In this document: positions 26,759-32,476 of the stretch, piece after piece
Position numbering within the stretch: position 1 is the first letter of the stretch
Layout of the letters: each line of letters opens with the position of its first letter
NCBI GenBank assembly: GCA_030602545.1
Contig: JAUVZN010000003.1
Location: forward strand, 1-32,476
From: Candidatus Aerophobota bacterium
GTDB lineage: Bacteria > Aerophobota > Aerophobia > Aerophobales > AE-B3A
Length of the DNA stretch: 32,476 nucleotides
Reading direction: 5' to 3'
Notes under the pieces: model-generated
Databases searched by the model: none
Seen by the model: the letters and a program-made list of their open reading frames with translations, nothing else
Told to the model about the DNA's origin: nothing
Program-made: the position numbers and the translations under genes

Positions 26759-28027
26759 ATGAAGGAAATAGAGTTTCCCAGTATGGCAGGCATCCGGCAG
26801 AAACTCGAGGCTCCGAGATTAGAGAATATTGCTCACGAGCTAAGAGAGGGGATGGTCAGATCCAGACTTAAGGAAAGAGTAAAACCTAATGATGAGGTGG
26901 CGGTAACCGCTGGCAGTAGAGGTATAGCCAATATTGTCCAGATCACTGCCACCATAGTAGAGGAGTTGAAGAAACTGGGAGCTCGCCCCTTCATAGTCCC
27001 CGCCATGGGATCACATGGAGGAGCCACCGCTGAAGGACAGATCGAGATCCTGGCTGGTTATGGCATTACTGAGGATTCGGTTGGAGTGCCTATTCGCTCT
27101 TCCATGGAGGTGGTAAAGATAGGAGAGATAAAGGATCAGGTTCCTGTGTTCATGGATAAGATAGCCCTAAGGAGCGATGCTATTGTTGTGGTTAATCGCA
27201 TTAAGCCCCACACTTCTTTCAGAGGTCCATTTGAGTCGGGTCTGATGAAAATGTTGGCCATTGGTTTGGGAAAACATGAAGGAGCCTCTTTGGTGCACTC
27301 TTTCGGATCCAGGGGCTTAAGAGAAATGGTTCCAGAGGCAGCCAGAGTTATGATGAGTAAAGCTAATTTTGTCCTGGGGGTTGGTATACTGGAAAATGCT
27401 TATGATGAGACAGCCAGAATTGTGGTTCTTGATCCAGAGGATTTTGAAAAAGAGGAGCCACACCTGTTGGAGGAAGCCCGCCGGCTTATGCCCCGTCTTC
27501 CTTTCGATGAGATAGATATCCTCATTGTGGATGAGTTAGGCAAAAATATCAGCGGCACGGGTATGGATACCAATATTATTGGTCGCCTCCTGATAAGAGG
27601 AGAGAAGGAATTTGAGAAGCCCAATATCAACAAGATCATCGTTCTTGATGTAACTCCTGCCTCTCATGGGAATACTTTAGGGGTGGGACTGGCTGATATT
27701 ACCACCAGAAGGCTGGTGAACAAAATTGACTATCACGCTATGTACACCAATGCCTTAACCGCGGGGTTTCTTAACCGTGTCTTTGTTCCATTGACCTGTG
27801 AGACAGACAAAGAAGCCATAACCACAGCCATAAGCACTTTTAAGAGAAAAGATCCCCAAAGCCTCAAGGTGATGAGGATAAAGAATACTCTGAAAATAGA
27901 GAAATTGTATATTTCGGAGCCTCTACTTGAGGAGGCCCGAGCAAGGGATGATATCCAGATCCTTGGTGAGATAGAACCTATGAAATTTGACTCCCAGGGC
28001 AACCTGGCGGGAGGAGACTATGCTTAA
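26759..28027 (+). CDS. Lactate racemase (LarA N-terminal/DUF2088) domain protein
   Basis: AVTAGSRGIANI, PAMGSHGGATAEGQ, NRIKPHT, SGLMKMLAIGLGKH and GKNISGTGMD are recognisable motifs of this family. Confidence 0.75.
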   Translation: MKEIEFPSMAGIRQKLEAPRLENIAHELREGMVRSRLKERVKPNDEVAVTAGSRGIANIVQITATIVEELKKLGARPFIVPAMGSHGGATAEGQIEILAGYGITEDSVGVPIRSSMEVVKIGEIKDQVPVFMDKIALRSDAIVVVNRIKPHTSFRGPFESGLMKMLAIGLGKHEGASLVHSFGSRGLREMVPEAARVMMSKANFVLGVGILENAYDETARIVVLDPEDFEKEEPHLLEEARRLMPRLPFDEIDILIVDELGKNISGTGMDTNIIGRLLIRGEKEFEKPNINKIIVLDVTPASHGNTLGVGLADITTRRLVNKIDYHAMYTNALTAGFLNRVFVPLTCETDKEAITTAISTFKRKDPQSLKVMRIKNTLKIEKLYISEPLLEEARARDDIQILGEIEPMKFDSQGNLAGGDYA

Positions 28028-29444
28028 ACAACTGCGTGCTATCGTAGGAGAGGAGAATGTCTCCGATGATTTGGCGGATCGGTATATCTATGGCTCAGAT
28101 GCCTCTATTCATCAAAGCTCTCCTTCAGTGGTGGTAAGGCCAGGGAGCATAAAGGAAATTCAGGAAATCTTAAGATTTGCTAACAGAGAGAAGATTCCTG
28201 TAGTGCCCAGAGGTGCGGGGACGGGAGAGTCGGGAAGCGCTGTTCCCCTGGATGGAGGAATTGTCCTGGATCTTAAACGTATGGACAAAATACTGGAAAT
28301 TCGACCCCAAGATATGTTCTGTCGGGTGGAGCCCGGCGTCATCAACGATGAGCTGAATCGTGAGCTGAAACCCTACGGGTTTTTCTTCCCTCCCACACCT
28401 GCAAGTGGAAAAGTGTGTACCATAGGAGGGATGATTGCCAACAATGCCTCGGGAATGAGAGCTATCAAGTACGGAGCCACCCGGGATGCCGTTTTAGGGC
28501 TAAAGGTGGTTTTGGCCAACGGGGACCTGGTGAGGATGGGAACCAGCACTATCATTCAAGCTTCGGGTTATCAACTGGAAAGATTGATGGTGGGAAGTGA
28601 AGGTACCCTGGGAGTTATGGTGGAGGCCACCCTGCGTCTGAAGCCGCTGCCCGAAGAAAGAGCAGTGGGTAGGGCTCTATTCTATGAGCTGAGTCAGGCA
28701 GGAGATGCTGTCTCCAAGATAATTACTGAGGGAATCGTCCCCTCGGCCTTGGAACTGATGGATGAGGTAGCCATTAAGTCAGTTAATAAGGCTCTTAAGG
28801 CTGGTCTTCCTGAAGTAGAGGCGCTGATTTTATTTGAGTGCGACGGAATTAAAGCTAGTTTCAATCATGAAATACAGAAGATAAAGAAAATATGTGAGGA
28901 TTGCGGAGCTTTTGACATCATCATTAGTGATAATCCAGAGGAGATGGAGAAGCTCTGGGAGGTAAGATCTTCCATTTTCCCCGCCACCAGTATGTACAAG
29001 GAGGATCGGATTCGGGCAACTTTAGCCGAGGATATCACCGTTCCTGTCTCCAGGCTCCCAGAGTTAGTAGAAGGGATTCACCGGATTGCCAGGGAAAACG
29101 GCATCATCATCGGAACTTATGGGCATGCGGGTGAGGGGCTTATTCACACTGCTTTTCTGGTTAATCCCCGAGTGAGCGATGAGTGGGATAGAACCCGCAA
29201 GGCTGTGGATGAGGTCTTCGCTCTGGTGCAGCACCTGGGGGGAACCACCTCCGGGGAACACGGCATAGGAATTTCCAAAGCCCCGTATTTTAAGAAGGAG
29301 AGGAAGGAGCTTCTGGAGCTTATGAGGGGAATCAAGAAGGTCTTTGATCCCCATAACATTCTCAATCCTCATAAACTCATGGATGCTCCGGAAGATTTCT
29401 TCACCGCTACCAAACTCAGATATCCAGTCAAGGAGAGGAGATGA
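28020..29444 (+). CDS. FAD-linked 2-hydroxyacid dehydrogenase, GlcD/D-lactate dehydrogenase family
   Basis: PRGAGTG, TIGGMIANNASG, GSEGTLG, GHAGEGLIH and SGEHGIG...LNP. ATG at 28020 follows GGAGGAG. Confidence 0.9.
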   Translation: MLKQLRAIVGEENVSDDLADRYIYGSDASIHQSSPSVVVRPGSIKEIQEILRFANREKIPVVPRGAGTGESGSAVPLDGGIVLDLKRMDKILEIRPQDMFCRVEPGVINDELNRELKPYGFFFPPTPASGKVCTIGGMIANNASGMRAIKYGATRDAVLGLKVVLANGDLVRMGTSTIIQASGYQLERLMVGSEGTLGVMVEATLRLKPLPEERAVGRALFYELSQAGDAVSKIITEGIVPSALELMDEVAIKSVNKALKAGLPEVEALILFECDGIKASFNHEIQKIKKICEDCGAFDIIISDNPEEMEKLWEVRSSIFPATSMYKEDRIRATLAEDITVPVSRLPELVEGIHRIARENGIIIGTYGHAGEGLIHTAFLVNPRVSDEWDRTRKAVDEVFALVQHLGGTTSGEHGIGISKAPYFKKERKELLELMRGIKKVFDPHNILNPHKLMDAPEDFFTATKLRYPVKERR

Positions 29445-30526
29445 AGACCAAAGCGCTCGAGAGTTGGGAAAAAGATATACTTCGCTGTATCAGGTGTGCC
29501 TACTGTTTTGTAGATTGTCCTGTTCTTAAGGAACTGGGGTGGGAGTCGGCGGGAGCAAGATCCAAAATTATCCTCTCCTACGGCCTCAAAGAAGGTGAAA
29601 TCGAGCCTAATCAGCTCATTAAGGACAGGCTATTCCAGTGCTGTCTTTGTGCTCAGTGTGAGATAAATTGCCCGGCCAAGGTTAAGGTAGCGAGTGTGGT
29701 CAGGGCAGCCAGACGGGATTTGGTAGAAGCAGGGCATTATTTTGAAGCTCATCGAATGATGAAGGAGATGATAAAGAAAACCGGTAATCTGTATGGAGAA
29801 GAAAGAAAGGATTTCCATTATCCCAAGCTTGGTGCGGAGTTTGCTTTGTTTGTGGGCTGTGTGGGCAAATACCGGGAAGAGGAAAGTCTTAAGAGGACTC
29901 TAGAACTTCTCAAGGAACTAGGAGTTTCTTTTACTACTATTGAGGAAGTCTGCTGTGGGGGAGTATTTGGCGATGTGGGTTTTGAGGCAAGCCAGGAGGA
30001 TGCTGAGCATATCAAGGAGGAAATAAAGAAAACCAAAGCTAAAAAGCTTCTAACTACCTGCCCTATGTGTTACCGCACCTTTAAGGAGGATCCGCGATTC
30101 AAGGATCTGGGAGTCGAGGTTCTCCATATTACCCAGCTCCTGGAGAAGTTGGAGTTTCCCGTGAAGACAGAGCGGATAGTAACCTATCATGATCCCTGCG
30201 ATTTGGGAAGACACAGCGATCTCTACCAGGTACCGAGAAATGTCATCAGGAAGTTTGCCCCTAACTTTCAAGAAATGGTCAAGAATCGTGAAAATGCCCA
30301 TTGCTGCGGTGCAGGGGGTGGGGTAAGGGGATCTTTTACCCGACTTTCTATCAATATGGCTAAAAAGAGACTCCAGGAAGCTATAGACACGGGAGCAGAA
30401 GTTCTTCTCACCGAGTGCGCTTCCTGCCTTCATAATTTCAAGAACGCCAAAAAAAGGAAACAGAAAATTGAAATCTACAATATTTCCGAGTTCCTTTCCC
30501 TGCTTATGGATGGAGAGGTAAAATGA
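29441..30526 (+). CDS. GlcF/HdrD-like Fe-S oxidoreductase (2x[4Fe-4S] plus two CCG domains)
   Basis: CIRCAYCFVDCP, CCLCAQCEINCP, FVGC, VCCGG, CPMC, YHDPC, CCGAGGG and CASC. ATGA overlap with the upstream gene. Confidence 0.88.
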   Translation: MKTKALESWEKDILRCIRCAYCFVDCPVLKELGWESAGARSKIILSYGLKEGEIEPNQLIKDRLFQCCLCAQCEINCPAKVKVASVVRAARRDLVEAGHYFEAHRMMKEMIKKTGNLYGEERKDFHYPKLGAEFALFVGCVGKYREEESLKRTLELLKELGVSFTTIEEVCCGGVFGDVGFEASQEDAEHIKEEIKKTKAKKLLTTCPMCYRTFKEDPRFKDLGVEVLHITQLLEKLEFPVKTERIVTYHDPCDLGRHSDLYQVPRNVIRKFAPNFQEMVKNRENAHCCGAGGGVRGSFTRLSINMAKKRLQEAIDTGAEVLLTECASCLHNFKNAKKRKQKIEIYNISEFLSLLMDGEVK

Positions 30527-31656
30527 AGATCTATGAGTATCAGGCCCATGAGATTTTTTCCTCCCATGGCATCCCTACTCCCCCAATGGAAGTGGCGGAC
30601 AGTGCCGAGAAAGCCGAAGAGATAGCTAAAAGATTCGGCAGACCCGTGGCAGTCAAAGCCCAAGTCCTGGTGGGAGGAAGAGGGAAGGCTGGAGGAATCA
30701 AGATAGCCCGGGATCCCGACCAGGCTCATGAGACCGCCAGTAGGATTCTCTCCTCATCCCTTAAGGGCGAGCCGGTAAGGGAGGTTCTTATCCAGGAAGC
30801 TCTCCAGATAAAAGAGGAGTACTATCTGGGGATTACCGTGGATCGCTCCGAGAGAAAACCTGTGGTAATGGTTTCCCCGGCCGGAGGAGTAGAGATAGAA
30901 GAAGTAGCCAGGCTCAGTCCCCAAAAGATCTTCAAGCAGCACATCCACCCCTTGCTTGGTTTCCAGAACTACCAGGCGCTCTCACTCGCCTTTTCTCTGG
31001 GTGAGAGCAAAGAAAGAGCCAGGAGCATGGCCAAGATCCTGAGCAGCCTCTACCGCATATTTGAGGAAGTGGACTCTTCTTTAGTCGAGATCAATCCTCT
31101 TGTTATAACTCAAGACGACCAATTATATGCCCTGGATGCCAAAATCATCATAGATGATAATGCTCTTTATCGTCATCCTGAGCTATCCTCCCTTGGAAGC
31201 ACCCAAGTCGGGGATCCCCTGGAAGTAAAGGCGAAAGAGCAGGGTTTAAGTTATGTGCATCTGGATGGCGAAATCGGATGCATAGTTAACGGAGCAGGAT
31301 TGGCCATGGCAACTATGGATCTGGTTAAACGATACGGAGCTGAGCCGGCAAATTTTCTGGATGTGGGAGGGGGAGCTAGCAAAGAGAGGGTAAGCTCAGC
31401 TCTGGATATTGTTTGCTCTGAGGAGAAAGTAAAGGTGGTTCTGGTGAACATATTTGGAGGTATCACTCGGTGTGATGTGGTGGCTGATGGGCTCATAGAA
31501 GCCATCTCCCGGATGAGGCGAGATCTTCCTTTGGTTATCAGACTCTCCGGTACCAATGAAGAAGAGGGTCGGACGAAACTTTGCCAGACCAGGGCTATTT
31601 TAGCCACCACCATGGATGAAGCAGCCAGAATAGCGGTTAGAGAGGTAAAGAAGTGA
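30523..31656 (+). CDS. sucC: Succinyl-CoA synthetase beta subunit
   Basis: [58 protein letters not shown] and GTN. Confidence 0.95.
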   Translation: MKIYEYQAHEIFSSHGIPTPPMEVADSAEKAEEIAKRFGRPVAVKAQVLVGGRGKAGGIKIARDPDQAHETASRILSSSLKGEPVREVLIQEALQIKEEYYLGITVDRSERKPVVMVSPAGGVEIEEVARLSPQKIFKQHIHPLLGFQNYQALSLAFSLGESKERARSMAKILSSLYRIFEEVDSSLVEINPLVITQDDQLYALDAKIIIDDNALYRHPELSSLGSTQVGDPLEVKAKEQGLSYVHLDGEIGCIVNGAGLAMATMDLVKRYGAEPANFLDVGGGASKERVSSALDIVCSEEKVKVVLVNIFGGITRCDVVADGLIEAISRMRRDLPLVIRLSGTNEEEGRTKLCQTRAILATTMDEAARIAVREVKK

Positions 31657-32476
31657 GCATATTGGTTGATTCTGACAGTAGGGTACTGGTTCAGGGAATA
31701 ACCGGCAGGGAGGGAAGCTTCCATGCTGCCAGGATGAGAGAATACGGAACCAATATTGTTGGCGGTGTTACCCCGGGAAGAGAAGGGGAGAAAGTAGATG
31801 GGATCCCTGTTTACAATACAGTCAAGAAGGCTTGCCAGGAAACTTCAGCTAACGCCTCGGTGATTTATGTTCCTCATCAGTTTGCTCCTGATGCTATCCT
31901 TGAAGCCGTAGATGCGGGAATTGAACTCATTGTCTGTATCAGCGAAGGAATCCCCACTCTGGATATGATTAAGGTTTGCTCTTATGTTAGCCTCAAGGGC
32001 TCACGGCTCATTGGGCCCAACTGTCCAGGAGTCATATCCCCAGGTAAGGCAAAGGTTGGCATTATGCCGGGAGCCATTCATAAGCCAGGCTCGGTGGGAG
32101 TGATATCAAGAAGCGGCACCCTTACCTATGAAGTGGTGTATAATCTAACCATCAGTAATCTTGGTCAATCGAGCTGTGTAGGTATTGGAGGTGATCCCAT
32201 CATTGGGTCTTCCTTTATCGACATTCTCTCTCTTTTTGAAGAGGACCAGGAGACCAAAGCCATTGTTCTCATTGGTGAGATCGGAGGAAGGGATGAGGAG
32301 GAAGCGGCCCTGTTTATCAGGGACAAAATTACTAAACCGGTAGTGGCCTTAGTTGCGGGAAAAACTGCTCCTCCTGGCAAGCGTATGGGACACGCAGGTG
32401 CTATCATATCCGGAGGAGAAGGAACGGCCCAGGAGAAAATAAAAGCGTTCAAGAGGGCTTCTGTCCCTGTAGCTGA
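31653..32476 (+). CDS. sucD: Succinyl-CoA synthetase alpha subunit (partial, 3' end outside window)
   Basis: Not in the ORF track. GTG at 31653 overlaps the sucC stop. Reads [24 protein letters not shown]...GPNCPG...SRSGTLTYE...GIGGD...MGHAGA (phospho-His) and stays open to the window edge. Confidence 0.95.
   Translation, partial: MSILVDSDSRVLVQGITGREGSFHAARMREYGTNIVGGVTPGREGEKVDGIPVYNTVKKACQETSANASVIYVPHQFAPDAILEAVDAGIELIVCISEGIPTLDMIKVCSYVSLKGSRLIGPNCPGVISPGKAKVGIMPGAIHKPGSVGVISRSGTLTYEVVYNLTISNLGQSSCVGIGGDPIIGSSFIDILSLFEEDQETKAIVLIGEIGGRDEEEAALFIRDKITKPVVALVAGKTAPPGKRMGHAGAIISGGEGTAQEKIKAFKRASVPVA

Overview
Bacterial chromosomal window from an apparent anaerobe, with two modules separated by a decayed insertion sequence. 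(1) 1-7459: a small catabolic or uptake locus. An IclR regulator and an Asp/Glu/hydantoin racemase-family gene (minus strand, runs off the window) are divergent from a Liv-type ABC transporter, followed by a convergent SDR oxidoreductase. (2) 7543-8005: an internally deleted ISNCY/IS1202-like element with both inverted repeats intact. (3) 8274 to the window end: a co-oriented run of about 24 kb headed by a GntR regulator. It encodes malic enzyme, a two-subunit class I fumarase, a GcvH/LbpA-type lipoyl carrier with its own lipoate ligase, HdrCBA, a soluble anchorless fumarate reductase/succinate dehydrogenase pair, a 1480-aa HdrL-type HdrA-GltD fusion, MvhD, an FdhB/FrhB-like protein, a second HdrCB, a LarA-like protein, a GlcD/GlcF-like 2-hydroxyacid dehydrogenase and SucCD. 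The most interesting reading is an inference: a cytoplasmic, membrane-independent fumarate/succinate redox system in which a lipoylated carrier protein supplies the dithiol/disulfide substrate of Hdr complexes, possibly with flavin-based electron bifurcation. All functional calls come from motif recognition; no database searches were run.
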